Assembly: GCA_035649395.1 (NCBI GenBank)
Contig: DASRJR010000215.1
Location: 2,318-66,317 of the forward strand
Length of the DNA: 64,000 nt
Reading direction: 5' to 3'
DNA from: Vicinamibacterales bacterium
Lineage (GTDB): Bacteria > Acidobacteriota > Vicinamibacteria > Vicinamibacterales > UBA2999
Of this stretch, positions 50,010 to 59,058 are shown one piece after another. Made by a program: the position numbers and the translations under genes. The notes under the pieces are model-generated. The model saw nothing but the letters and a program-made list of their open reading frames with translations. It was not told the DNA's origin and ran no database searches. The number at the start of each line of letters is the position of its first letter. The stretch's first letter is position 1.

Positions 50010-50093
50010 ATAGTTTCCGGCTTTAGCCAGACCTGAAGCTGTAGCGTCCGGCTTCCTGACCGCCGTAGCCGTGGCGGAGGCGGTGAGCCGGAC
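50010..50093 (+). repeat. Degenerate REP plus a REP carrying a nested palindrome in its loop
   Basis: ATAGTTTCCGGCTTTAGCCAGAC, then GTAGCGTCCGGCTT-[CCTGACCGCCGTAGCCGTGGCGGAGGCGGT]-GAGCCGGAC. Confidence 0.7.
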
Positions 50094-50104
50094 TTGAGCG
50101 AACG

Positions 50105-51307
50105 ATGATCGATACGATTGCCAAGAAGGTGCTTGACGGCGGCCGAGTCGACGCCGGTGAGGCGCTGCACCTCTATCGTCACGCGCCGACACACCTGCTC
50201 GGTCACCTCGCCGACGCCATCCGCGTCCGCAAGCACCCCGAGGGCATCGTCACCTACATCATCGACCGCAACGTCAACTACACGAATATCTGCGTCGCCA
50301 GGTGCAACTTCTGCGCGTTCTATCGCCCGGTCGGCTCCAGCGACGGGTACGTCCTCGGCTTCGACGAGATTTTCCAGAAGATCGACGAGACCATCGCCGT
50401 TGGCGGCAACCAACTGCTGCTGCAGGGTGGCCACAACCCCGACCTGCCGATTCAGTGGTACGAGGACTTGTTCCGCGCGGTGAAGGCGCGCTATCCCGAG
50501 TTCAAGCTGCACGCGCTGTCGCCACCTGAAGTGCTGCACATCGCCCGTTTGAATCGGGTCGCGGTGCCGACGGTCATCGAACGCCTGGTTGCGGCCGGTC
50601 TCGACAGCATCCCGGGAGGCGGCGCGGAGATTCTGGTCGATCGCGTACGCACGCTGTTGAACTGCTACAGCAAGGCGACGTCCGACGAGTGGATCGACGT
50701 GATGCGTGAGGCGCACAACGCCGGACTTCGGACGACGGCGACGATGATGTATGGGACGGTCGAGACCGATGAGGAGCGCATTGAGCACATGATGCGTCTG
50801 CGCGATCTCCAGGACGAGACCGCTGGCTTCACCGCGTTCATCACCTGGAGCTACCAGCCGGAGCACACCGAGCACGGCGGCTACGAAGCGACCGGCATCG
50901 ACTACCTTCGCACCCTGGCGCTGTCGCGGATCGTCCTCGACAACTTCGACAACGTGCAAGCGTCGTGGGTCACGCAGGGCGGAAAGGTCGGGCAGCTCAG
51001 TCTCGCCTACGGCGCCAACGACATGGGCAGCGTGATGATCGAAGAGAACGTCGTGCGCGCGGCCGGCGCCAGTTACTGCATGGACGAGCTCGAGATCGTC
51101 GTCAACATCGAGGACGCCGGCTTCACGCCCAAGCGGCGCAACATGCATTACGAGATCCTCGGAGATCCGATCTTCCGCGACCGCGAGGTCCCGCGCATGC
51201 TGTCGCTCGCGACCGCGCGCGCCGACGGTGACACGTCGGTCCCGGAGGAGCTGCGCAACTACCAGGCTCGCAGCCGGGCGGGCAAGACGCTTCGGCTCGC
51301 AGAATAG
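50105..51307 (+). CDS. mqnC: Cyclic dehypoxanthine futalosine synthase MqnC
   Basis: YIIDRNVNYTNICVARCNFCAF, PGGGAEIL, QASWVTQG, GANDMGSVMIEENVV. Confidence 0.93.
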   Translation: MIDTIAKKVLDGGRVDAGEALHLYRHAPTHLLGHLADAIRVRKHPEGIVTYIIDRNVNYTNICVARCNFCAFYRPVGSSDGYVLGFDEIFQKIDETIAVGGNQLLLQGGHNPDLPIQWYEDLFRAVKARYPEFKLHALSPPEVLHIARLNRVAVPTVIERLVAAGLDSIPGGGAEILVDRVRTLLNCYSKATSDEWIDVMREAHNAGLRTTATMMYGTVETDEERIEHMMRLRDLQDETAGFTAFITWSYQPEHTEHGGYEATGIDYLRTLALSRIVLDNFDNVQASWVTQGGKVGQLSLAYGANDMGSVMIEENVVRAAGASYCMDELEIVVNIEDAGFTPKRRNMHYEILGDPIFRDREVPRMLSLATARADGDTSVPEELRNYQARSRAGKTLRLAE

Positions 51308-51325
51308 CAACACCGAGATGAGCCG

Positions 51326-52597
51326 ATGTCGGACGCGCCCCCGCTGACAGTCAAGGCGCAGTGGGTCGTACCGATTGCACGAGCGCCGATCCGTAACGGC
51401 TTTGTCACCATCGGCGGGAACGACCGCATTCAGTCTGTTGATTCGAGCATCCCCGAACCTGGCGGGGTAGTCGATCTCGGCCGGGTCGTGCTGTTGCCGG
51501 CTCTCGTCAACGCGCACACGCATCTGGAGCTGTCGTATCTGCGCGGGAGTGTGCCGCCCAGCGGGAGCTTCAACGAGTGGGTGTCTGATTTGATGTCGCG
51601 GCGTCGCGCCTGGCCCGACCCGGCGGCACCAGCGATTCTCGAAGCGGCTCGCCAGGCGATCGACGAAGCACACCGCTCCGGAACCGGTGTCATCGGCGAC
51701 ATCAGCAACACGCTGGTCACCGTCGACCTGCTCAGAGACGCGAGAATGGCGGCGCACGTCTTCTACGAGCAGCTCGGGTTCAACATCCCGGATGCCGCCG
51801 CCAAAGTCGCCGGGGCCAGGGACGCGATCGCGATGACAGTCACTGGCGACGACCGGATTCGCCTCAGCCTTGCGCCCCACGCACCGTACTCAGTCTCGCC
51901 GGAGCTGTTTCACGCGATTCGAGCCGACGTCGACGCGGCTCCGCATCCCCTCACGACCGTGCATCTGGGTGAATCACCGCAGGAGATCCAACTGTTGCGA
52001 GATGGCACGGGAGCCACGCGCGTCATGCTCGAGCGGCTCGGCGTGTGGACGGATGAGTGGAAGCCGCCTGGCGTCTCGCCGGTCACGTACCTCGCCGACC
52101 TCGGATTCCTCGATGCGCGCACGCTCGTCGTGCATGGCGTGCAGTTCGACTCGGCTGACCTCGCCAAGCTGCGCACGATCGGCGCGACGCTCGTCTCGTG
52201 CCCGAGGAGCAACGTGTATGTCGGCGTCGGATCGCCGCCACTCCAGTCGTTCTATGACGCGGGTGTGCCGGTGGCGTTCGGCACTGACAGCCTCGCGAGT
52301 GTTGCCGATCTCAACATGTTCAACGAGCTGGCCGAGGCGCGGCGAATTGCGCCTGGGGTACCGGCGCGGCGGCTGCTGGAAAGCGCGACGCTGACGGGCG
52401 CCCGAGCGCTCGGTTTCGCGAGCGATTTCGGCAGTGTGGACGTCGGCAAGCGTGCGGTGTTTTCAGTGGTGAGAATGCCGCGCCGAGCCGTGCGTGATGT
52501 GGAAGAATTTCTTGTGAGTGGCATCGCAGCCGATGCCATCAGGCCGTTCGACCTGTCGGCGCGCATGAATTCGGCCGTCGTGGACAGGCCGCAGTGA
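51326..52597 (+). CDS. Amidohydrolase, probable aminodeoxyfutalosine deaminase
   Basis: NAHTHLE, HAPYS, HLGES, VHGV, GTDS; located inside the mqn cluster. Confidence 0.75.
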   Translation: MSDAPPLTVKAQWVVPIARAPIRNGFVTIGGNDRIQSVDSSIPEPGGVVDLGRVVLLPALVNAHTHLELSYLRGSVPPSGSFNEWVSDLMSRRRAWPDPAAPAILEAARQAIDEAHRSGTGVIGDISNTLVTVDLLRDARMAAHVFYEQLGFNIPDAAAKVAGARDAIAMTVTGDDRIRLSLAPHAPYSVSPELFHAIRADVDAAPHPLTTVHLGESPQEIQLLRDGTGATRVMLERLGVWTDEWKPPGVSPVTYLADLGFLDARTLVVHGVQFDSADLAKLRTIGATLVSCPRSNVYVGVGSPPLQSFYDAGVPVAFGTDSLASVADLNMFNELAEARRIAPGVPARRLLESATLTGARALGFASDFGSVDVGKRAVFSVVRMPRRAVRDVEEFLVSGIAADAIRPFDLSARMNSAVVDRPQ

Positions 52598-53448
52598 TGA
52601 GCACGCTCGCGACATACCTCTCATTCGTTCGTTTCAGCCATTCGGTGTTCGCCTTACCGTTTGCGCTGATCGGCGCGCTGCTGGCGTGGCGTGATCATCC
52701 GTTCTCGTGGACGCAGATCGGCTGGATCGTCGTCTGCATGGTCAGCGCCCGCAGCGCGGCGATGGGTTTCAACCGACTCGTCGACGCCCACGACGATGCC
52801 CTGAATCCACGTACGGCGATGCGCGAACTGCCACGGGGCGCGATGAGCCGCACGGATGCGATCCTGTTCGTCGTCATCGCGTCGACGATCTTCGTGCTGG
52901 CGGCCTCTCGTTTGAGCACGCTGTGCTTGCTGTTGTCGCCCCTGGCGCTCGCGATCGTGTTCTGGTACTCGTTGGCCAAACGCGTGACCGCGTACACGCA
53001 GTTGTTCCTCGGTCTTGCCATGGCGGTGGCGCCGGTCGGAGGCTGGCTGGCGGCCGGCGGCAGAGGGGGACTCGAGCCATGGTTGCTGGGTCTCGGGATC
53101 GGGTTGTGGGTTGGCGGCTTCGACATCCTCTACGCCTGTCAGGACGTCGACTTCGATCGCGGCCATGGCTTGCGCTCGATCCCCACGCGATTCGGCGTCG
53201 CGAGGTCGATCGCACTGTCACGTCTGATGCACGTCGGCGCCGTCGTGACGATGGCCGTGCTGTGGCAGGCCGCGCGCTTGCCGGCACTGTATCTGGCCGG
53301 CGTCGCGTGTGTGGCCGTTCTGCTGTTCTACGAGCAGTCGCTCGTCCGCGCCGACGACTTGTCGCAGGTGAAAAAGGCCTTCGATCTCAACGGGTGGGTC
53401 GGCATTATCTACTTCGCTGTCACGGCGCTCGCACTCTACATCGGCTAG
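52594..53448 (+). CDS. ubiA: UbiA-like prenyltransferase of the futalosine pathway (MqnP-type)
   Basis: FSHSVFALPF, ARSAAMGFNRLVD, NPRT..RELP, FDILYACQD. Confidence 0.9.
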   Translation: MMSTLATYLSFVRFSHSVFALPFALIGALLAWRDHPFSWTQIGWIVVCMVSARSAAMGFNRLVDAHDDALNPRTAMRELPRGAMSRTDAILFVVIASTIFVLAASRLSTLCLLLSPLALAIVFWYSLAKRVTAYTQLFLGLAMAVAPVGGWLAAGGRGGLEPWLLGLGIGLWVGGFDILYACQDVDFDRGHGLRSIPTRFGVARSIALSRLMHVGAVVTMAVLWQAARLPALYLAGVACVAVLLFYEQSLVRADDLSQVKKAFDLNGWVGIIYFAVTALALYIG

Positions 53449-53581
53449 CCACGGAGAACGTAGCCACGGAGGACACTAAGATCACGAAGCTTTGGCCACT
53501 AAGATCACGGAGAACACGAAACGAGATCCTTAGTGCTCTTAGTGTCCTCAGTGGCAATAATCTCCGTGTCCTCCGTGGCTA
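53446..53581. repeat. Inverted arrays of a 9-bp unit (CACGGAGRA/CACTAAGAT)
   Basis: GCCACGGAGGACACTAAGATCACGAAG (53463-53489) matches the reverse complement of 53529-53555 at 24/27; outer TAGCCACGGAG/CTCCGTGGCTA arms. Confidence 0.8.
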
Positions 53582-54306
53582 ACCTCACACCGGACAAGAC
53601 GCCCGAGCGCATCGCGGGGATGTTCGACGCGATCGCCCCGCGCTACGACCTGCTGAATCATCTGCTGAGCGCCGGCATCGATCGGCGGTGGCGGCGAGAG
53701 GCGATTGCCTCGCTGCAGCTCTCCGGACGCGAAACGCTGATCGACGTCTGCACCGGGACGGCCGATGTCGCCCTCGAGGCGCGTGGGGCGCGTCGCATCC
53801 TGGGCATCGATTTCGCAGGAGAGATGCTGCGGCTGGGACTCGATAAGATCCGTGCGGCGCACCAGGCCCGACGCATCACGCTCGTCCGCGGCGATGCGAC
53901 CGCGATTCCCGCGCCCGACGCCTGCGCCGAGGCCGCCACGGTCGCCTTCGGCATACGCAATGTAGAGCATCCCGATCGCGCCTGCGTCGAGTTGGCGCGC
54001 GTGCTTCGCCCTGGCGGGCGGCTGGCGATTCTGGAGTTTGGCGTGCCGAGGATTCCGGGGATTAGCGCTGTCTACCTCTGGTACTTCAGGAACATCTTGC
54101 CCCGAATTGGCCGACTCATTTCGGGGCACATGGGCGCCTACTCGTATCTGCCGGCGTCGGTGACCACGTTTCCCCCTGCAGCTGAGTTTGTGACAATACT
54201 GCGTCAATCCGGGTTTCACGACGTTCGCGCCGTCCCGCTGACGTTCGGCGTCGTCTATCTCTATACGGCAGTCAGGAATCAGGAGGCGGGAATCGGGAAT
54301 CAGTAG
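53575..54306 (+). CDS. ubiE: Demethylmenaquinone methyltransferase MenG/UbiE (start uncertain)
   Basis: MFDAIAPRYDLLNHLLS.G.D..WR, DVCTGT, AFGIRNV, RVLRPGG, AYSYLP.S. Confidence 0.92.
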   Translation: MANLTPDKTPERIAGMFDAIAPRYDLLNHLLSAGIDRRWRREAIASLQLSGRETLIDVCTGTADVALEARGARRILGIDFAGEMLRLGLDKIRAAHQARRITLVRGDATAIPAPDACAEAATVAFGIRNVEHPDRACVELARVLRPGGRLAILEFGVPRIPGISAVYLWYFRNILPRIGRLISGHMGAYSYLPASVTTFPPAAEFVTILRQSGFHDVRAVPLTFGVVYLYTAVRNQEAGIGNQ

Positions 54307-54397
54307 GAGGCAGCACGGAGCTCGTAGGAAACAGGCCTACGCTTGAGTCCTTCTGCGCTGATTCCTGCTGATTCCTGATTCCTGCCTCCTGATTCCT
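54274..54397. repeat. 124-bp element with 41-bp inverted arms built from AGGAATC heptamers
   Basis: Arms 54274-54314 and 54357-54397 pair in register (36 Watson-Crick, 4 G-U, 1 mismatch); inner CGTAGG/CCTACG hairpin. Confidence 0.88.
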
Positions 54398-54439
54398 CTA
54401 ACTCCTTGTGCCAGCGGGTTATAATTCCCCTTCAGGCCG

Positions 54440-55393
54440 TTGATCCATTTCGACATCGAGGAACGGTATCAGGACGAACAGACCGTCGGCCGCGCACTTT
54501 CGGCTGGCAACATCGTCGTTCTTTCGCTGCTCCTGCACCTGCTCGTCATCTTCATCATCCAGTTCGCACCTCGCCTGACCCTGTTCCTGCCGTCAGAAGA
54601 GGAGCTCAAGGCCCGTCAGGAGGAGCTCCTGAGGCAGCAACGCGAGCGCGAGCGGAACGAGCGCCGCTTCGTCTTCATTCAGCCGCGCCTCGAGCTGGAG
54701 ACGCCAAAACCAAAGCCCGACGTCGACTTGTCCGATTTGAATCGACGCGCCCAGTCACCTCAGCGGGCGTTGAAACCAGACAACCCGCTGCCGTTTGCCC
54801 GCGGGAACACTCCGGAACGCATCGAGCAGGCACAGCCCGAACAGGCGCGTGGCGCTGAGACTCCGGTCAAGCCCGATACGAGCCCGCCACAGCCAAACCC
54901 GCAAGAGCAGACGGCGCAGCAGTTGCCGCGCGCCGATCAGGGCATTCGCCGAGCGCCTGAGATCTCACGCCCTGCTCAGGGAGCGCTCGGTGAGGCGTTG
55001 CGCAACCTGCAGAAATACGTCCAGAACGAAACGTTTCACAACGAGCAGGGCGGCGCGAACGATCCCGGCGCGACGATCCAGTTCGACAGCAAGGGCATCG
55101 ACTTTGGACCCTGGCTGCGCCGCTTCGTCTCGCAGGTACGTCGAAACTGGTTCGTGCCCTATGCCGCCATGACCTTCCGTGGTCGTGTCGTGCTGCAGTT
55201 CAACATCCACAAGAACGGCGCCATCACGGACGTCCTCGTCGCCTCACCATCCAACATCGAGGCGTTCAATCGCGCCGCCTACAATGCGATACTCGGCTCG
55301 AACCCGACTGAACCGCTGCCGCCGGACTATCCGGATCCCGTGGCGTTCTTCACGGTGACGTTCTACTACAACGAGCAGCCGCCGCTCCGTTGA
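54440..55393 (+). CDS. TonB/TolA-family membrane-anchored protein
   Basis: TM helix with SLLLH motif, Pro/Gln-rich linker, TonB_C-like domain; TATAAT at 54420. Confidence 0.82.
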   Translation: MIHFDIEERYQDEQTVGRALSAGNIVVLSLLLHLLVIFIIQFAPRLTLFLPSEEELKARQEELLRQQRERERNERRFVFIQPRLELETPKPKPDVDLSDLNRRAQSPQRALKPDNPLPFARGNTPERIEQAQPEQARGAETPVKPDTSPPQPNPQEQTAQQLPRADQGIRRAPEISRPAQGALGEALRNLQKYVQNETFHNEQGGANDPGATIQFDSKGIDFGPWLRRFVSQVRRNWFVPYAAMTFRGRVVLQFNIHKNGAITDVLVASPSNIEAFNRAAYNAILGSNPTEPLPPDYPDPVAFFTVTFYYNEQPPLR

Positions 55394-55407
55394 GACCTCG
55401 ACTGAAC

Positions 55408-55488
55408 ATGCCGACCCGGACGCAGCAGCTCGGTCTGATCATCGTGCTTGCCGCTCTCGCGCTGTACGTCATCATCAGCGTGCGTTGA
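55408..55488 (+). CDS. Candidate 26-aa single-pass membrane protein (absent from the ORF track)
   Basis: MPTRTQQLGLIIVLAALALYVIISVR; GC-rich third codon positions; its TGA overlaps the TTG of miaA. Confidence 0.6.
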   Translation: MPTRTQQLGLIIVLAALALYVIISVR

Positions 55489-56483
55489 ACGAGCGGCCTT
55501 CGACTGCGTTCAGGCCCGCCCGATCAGAAGAGGGGCGGCCACTCATCCTCGCCGTGCTCGGTCCGACCGCGACGGGCAAAAGCGCGCTGGGCCTCGCCCT
55601 GGCCGAACGATACGGCGGCGAGATCGTCAACTGCGATTCGACCGCGGTGTATCGCGGATTCGACATCGGCACGGACAAAGTGCCGTCCGACGAACGGCGT
55701 GGCGTCCCGCATCACCTCATCGACATCGCCGAGCCGACCGATGTCTACACGGCCGCGCAGTACGCTCGCGATGCCGATCGTGCGATTCGCGAGATTCATG
55801 CGCGAGGTGGGCTGCCGATTCTCGTCGGGGGCACCGGCTTTTACTATCGCGCGCTCACTCGCGGCCTGTTCCCTGGTCCCGGCGCCGATAGCGGACTGCG
55901 TGCGCGGCTCGACCGCGTGGCGGCGCGCAAAGGGCCGGAACGCCTGCATCGCATGCTGCAGCGCGTCGATCCCGAGTCGGCGGCGCGAATCATGCCGCGC
56001 GATCGAAAGCGGCTGGTTCGAGCGCTCGAAGTGTTTCTGGCGACGGGGCGGCCGCTCACGTCGCATTTCGCCGACACACAGTCGCCGATCTCGGACTGCG
56101 AGATTGTCGCGATGGCCCTCACGATACCGCCGCCGCTGATCGCTGAACGCGTGGCGCGCCGTGTCGACGCACAGTTCGCCGCCGGCATCGTCAACGAGGT
56201 GAAAGGACTGCTCGCGCGTGGCGTGCCCGCCGATGCGCGGCCGTTCGGTGGACTCGTCTATCGTCAGGTGATGGAGATGCTGCGAGGGGTCAGAGACGAG
56301 GCCGCCACACGCGCGCTCATCGTCCAGGAGAACCGTCGCTATGCTCGCCGCCAGTTGATCTGGTTCCGTAAAGAGCCTAACCTTATCTGGTTCGATGGAC
56401 CCGGCGAGCGGCCGGAGATCCTTCATCGCGTCGACGGCGCGCTCGCCTCGCGCGGTGTGCGCACGCGAGGAGACGCGCCCTGA
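55485..56483 (+). CDS. miaA: tRNA dimethylallyltransferase
   Basis: GPTATGKS, DSTAVYRGFDIGTDK, HHLID, VGGTGFY, YARRQLIWFR. Confidence 0.96.
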   Translation: MNERPSTAFRPARSEEGRPLILAVLGPTATGKSALGLALAERYGGEIVNCDSTAVYRGFDIGTDKVPSDERRGVPHHLIDIAEPTDVYTAAQYARDADRAIREIHARGGLPILVGGTGFYYRALTRGLFPGPGADSGLRARLDRVAARKGPERLHRMLQRVDPESAARIMPRDRKRLVRALEVFLATGRPLTSHFADTQSPISDCEIVAMALTIPPPLIAERVARRVDAQFAAGIVNEVKGLLARGVPADARPFGGLVYRQVMEMLRGVRDEAATRALIVQENRRYARRQLIWFRKEPNLIWFDGPGERPEILHRVDGALASRGVRTRGDAP

Positions 56484-56716
56484 TGGCCCAGGTATCAGAA
56501 CCACGCACCTCGTCCCCGGCTCCGCCCAACATTCAAGACGCCTTTCTGAATTACGCGAGGCGCGATCGCCTGGGCGTCACGATTCATCTGGTGAACGGTC
56601 GTCAATTCGACGCTCGGATCAAGAATTTCGACAAGTTTGCGCTGGTCGTCGAGGTGGACGGCGCCGACCAACTCGTGTTCAAGCACGCCATCGCGACCAT
56701 CGAGACCAACACCTAA
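56483..56716 (+). CDS. hfq: RNA chaperone Hfq
   Basis: NIQDAFLN, LVNG, FDKF, QLVFKHAIATI; miaA-hfq synteny with TGATG overlap. Confidence 0.93.
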   Translation: MAQVSEPRTSSPAPPNIQDAFLNYARRDRLGVTIHLVNGRQFDARIKNFDKFALVVEVDGADQLVFKHAIATIETNT

Positions 56717-56717
56717 C

Positions 56718-57902
56718 CTGACTCCCTTCTCTCGCGTCATCCTGATCGTGCTCGACAGCGTCGGTTGCGGCGAATTGCCCGACGCGGCCGCATACGGCGA
56801 CGAAGGCAGCAACACACTCGGCAACATCGCAAAACACCGCCCGCTCCGCGTACCGCATTTGCGCGCGCTTGGCCTGGGGCGTGTCGTCGATCTGTCTGCG
56901 GCACCGGAGTCCACCGCGCCGCAGGCGGCGTACGGCCGCATGGCGGAGGCGTCAGCCGGCAAGGATTCGGTGACCGGCCATTGGGAGATGATGGGAGTGG
57001 TGCTCGACCGCCCATTCCCGACGTTTCCGACTGGGTTTCCAGCCGAGGTCATCGCGACATTCGAGCAGCGAATCGGCCGCCCCGTGCTTGGCAACGTGGT
57101 GGCGTCAGGGACGGAAATCATCGCCCGTCTCGGCGCCGAGCACGTCCACACCGGCTACCCAATCGTGTATACGTCGGCCGACAGCGTGTTTCAGATTGCC
57201 GCGCACGAAGAGGTCATATCGGTGCCCGAGCTGTATCGGATGTGCGAGGTCGCGTTCGAGCTGGTTGGACGCGGTATGGGCGTCGGACGAGTGATCGCCC
57301 GGCCGTTCGTCGGCACCCCAGGTGCGTTCATGCGCACGGCGAACAGACACGATTACGCCCTCGATCCGGCCGGGGAAACGCTGCTCGATTTGCTGACTCG
57401 GCGCAACATTCCGGTTGTCGCGATCGGCAAAGTGAAAGATCTGTTCGCGGGCCGTGGCATCACGCGTGCGACGCCGACGGCGAGCGATGACGAGGGGGTC
57501 ACGCGGGTGCTGGAGGCGATGCACACGGAGCAGGAGGGGCTGATCTTCGTCAACCTCGTTGACTTCGATACGGTGTACGGGCATCGCAATGACGTCGACG
57601 GCTATGCGATGAACCTCGAGCGATTCGACGAGCGACTCCAGTCGGTACTCGAGGCCCTCGGTGCGTCAGACCTCTTGATCATCACTGCCGATCACGGCAA
57701 CGACCCGACGACCCCGAGCACCGATCATTCGCGCGAGCACGTGCCGCTGCTGGTGACGGGTTCACGCGTGCGCCGCGGCACCCGTCTGGGTACCCGCCAG
57801 ACCTTTGCCGATCTCGGCCAAACGCTGGCCGCCAACTTCGGTGTGGGACCGCTGGCGCACGGCACGAGCTTCCTGGAGGACATCGTTGTCGACCATTCGT
57901 GA
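56718..57902 (+). CDS. deoB: Phosphopentomutase (start probably CTG 56718)
   Basis: RVILIVLDSVG.G, GKDSVTGHWE, YTSADSV, RVIARPF, NLVDFD..YGHR, TADHGNDP. Confidence 0.95.
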   Translation: MTPFSRVILIVLDSVGCGELPDAAAYGDEGSNTLGNIAKHRPLRVPHLRALGLGRVVDLSAAPESTAPQAAYGRMAEASAGKDSVTGHWEMMGVVLDRPFPTFPTGFPAEVIATFEQRIGRPVLGNVVASGTEIIARLGAEHVHTGYPIVYTSADSVFQIAAHEEVISVPELYRMCEVAFELVGRGMGVGRVIARPFVGTPGAFMRTANRHDYALDPAGETLLDLLTRRNIPVVAIGKVKDLFAGRGITRATPTASDDEGVTRVLEAMHTEQEGLIFVNLVDFDTVYGHRNDVDGYAMNLERFDERLQSVLEALGASDLLIITADHGNDPTTPSTDHSREHVPLLVTGSRVRRGTRLGTRQTFADLGQTLAANFGVGPLAHGTSFLEDIVVDHS

Positions 57903-58944
57903 GTCGCTCGAGCAGCGCGAGCGCGAGACGCTTGCCGCGCAGGCGGCCAAGAGCGCGAGCTCGCGCGGCCGGCTCAGGCCCGAGCCCGAAGACGATGTGC
58001 GGCCAGCGTTTCAGCACGATCGCGATCGGATCATTCACAGCAAGGCGTTCCGCCGCCTCAAGCACAAGACCCAGGTGTTCTTCGCGCCGGCCGGCGACCA
58101 CTATCGCACCCGGCTCACGCACAGCCTGGAGGTGTCCCAGATCGCGCGTACTATCGCCAAAGTGCTTCGTCTGCACGAGGAGCTCACCGAGTCGATCGCA
58201 CTCGGCCACGATCTCGGGCACACACCGTTCGGCCACGCCGGCGAGCGGGTACTCGACTCGCTCGTGCCCGGAGGGTTCCGGCACTACGAGCAGAGCCTGC
58301 GCGTGGTCGACGTGCTCGAGAACGATGGCAAAGGGCTGAACCTCACCTGGGAGGTCCGCGACGGGATCGGTCGGCACTCGAAAGGGAAGGACGGGTCGCC
58401 CGTCGGTCTCGCTCCCGAGAAACGAGCCGCCACGCTCGAGGGCCAGGTGATGCGCGTCGCCGACCTGATCGCTTATGTGAACCACGACATCGACGACGCG
58501 GTGCGGGCGGGCGTGCTGCATCCCGGAGACCTGCCAGACGACGCGGTGCGCGTGCTCGGGGCATCCTCGTCAGCGCGCATTGCCACGATGGTGAAAGACG
58601 TGGTGACCGAGACGCAGCGCGGCAACCTGACCGAGATCAGCATGAGCGATGAAGTGCTGTCGGCCACGTTGGCGATGCGGTCGTTCTTGTTCAGCGCCGT
58701 CTACGAGAATGACACCGCGACTGCCGAGTTCAAGAAGACGAGCGACATCCTCGGAGGCCTCTGGGAACGCGTTCGCGAGCGCCCTGCCGAGCTGCTCGAC
58801 GCGCGCATCGTCGAGACGGAGGGCCTCGATGCGGCGGTGAGGGATTTCCTCGCCGGCATGACCGACCGATTCGCCGTCGCTCTCTATGAGCGGCTGTTCA
58901 TCCCGAAGCCGTGGGTCGGCCCGATGGCTTGGAGCCAACTCTAG
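57886..58944 (+). CDS. dgt: Deoxyguanosinetriphosphate triphosphohydrolase (HD family)
   Basis: SD GGAGG plus TTG 57886; FRRLKHKTQV, RTRLTHS, HDLGHTPFGHAGE, AYVNHDIDD, AGMTD. Confidence 0.92.
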   Translation: MSTIRESLEQRERETLAAQAAKSASSRGRLRPEPEDDVRPAFQHDRDRIIHSKAFRRLKHKTQVFFAPAGDHYRTRLTHSLEVSQIARTIAKVLRLHEELTESIALGHDLGHTPFGHAGERVLDSLVPGGFRHYEQSLRVVDVLENDGKGLNLTWEVRDGIGRHSKGKDGSPVGLAPEKRAATLEGQVMRVADLIAYVNHDIDDAVRAGVLHPGDLPDDAVRVLGASSSARIATMVKDVVTETQRGNLTEISMSDEVLSATLAMRSFLFSAVYENDTATAEFKKTSDILGGLWERVRERPAELLDARIVETEGLDAAVRDFLAGMTDRFAVALYERLFIPKPWVGPMAWSQL

Positions 58945-58963
58945 ACATCTGGGCTGGCCCAGG

Positions 58964-58991
58964 CTGATTCCTGATTCCCGAATCCTGATTC
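58964..58991 (+). repeat. Four CTGATTC-type heptamers (lone arm of the 54.3-kb repeat family)
   Basis: CTGATTC CTGATTC CCGAATC CTGATTC, just upstream of TATAAT at 59006. Confidence 0.7.
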
Positions 58992-59058
58992 CTTGGAGGT
59001 CGCAGTATAATGACAGGTCCCCTTTCGCACGATTTTCGCGAAGGGGCTTGCCGGCCGT

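Noticed and set aside
53446..54397. CRISPR array
   Set aside because: Units are 7-9 bp tandem or inverted repeats with no unique spacers and no cas genes
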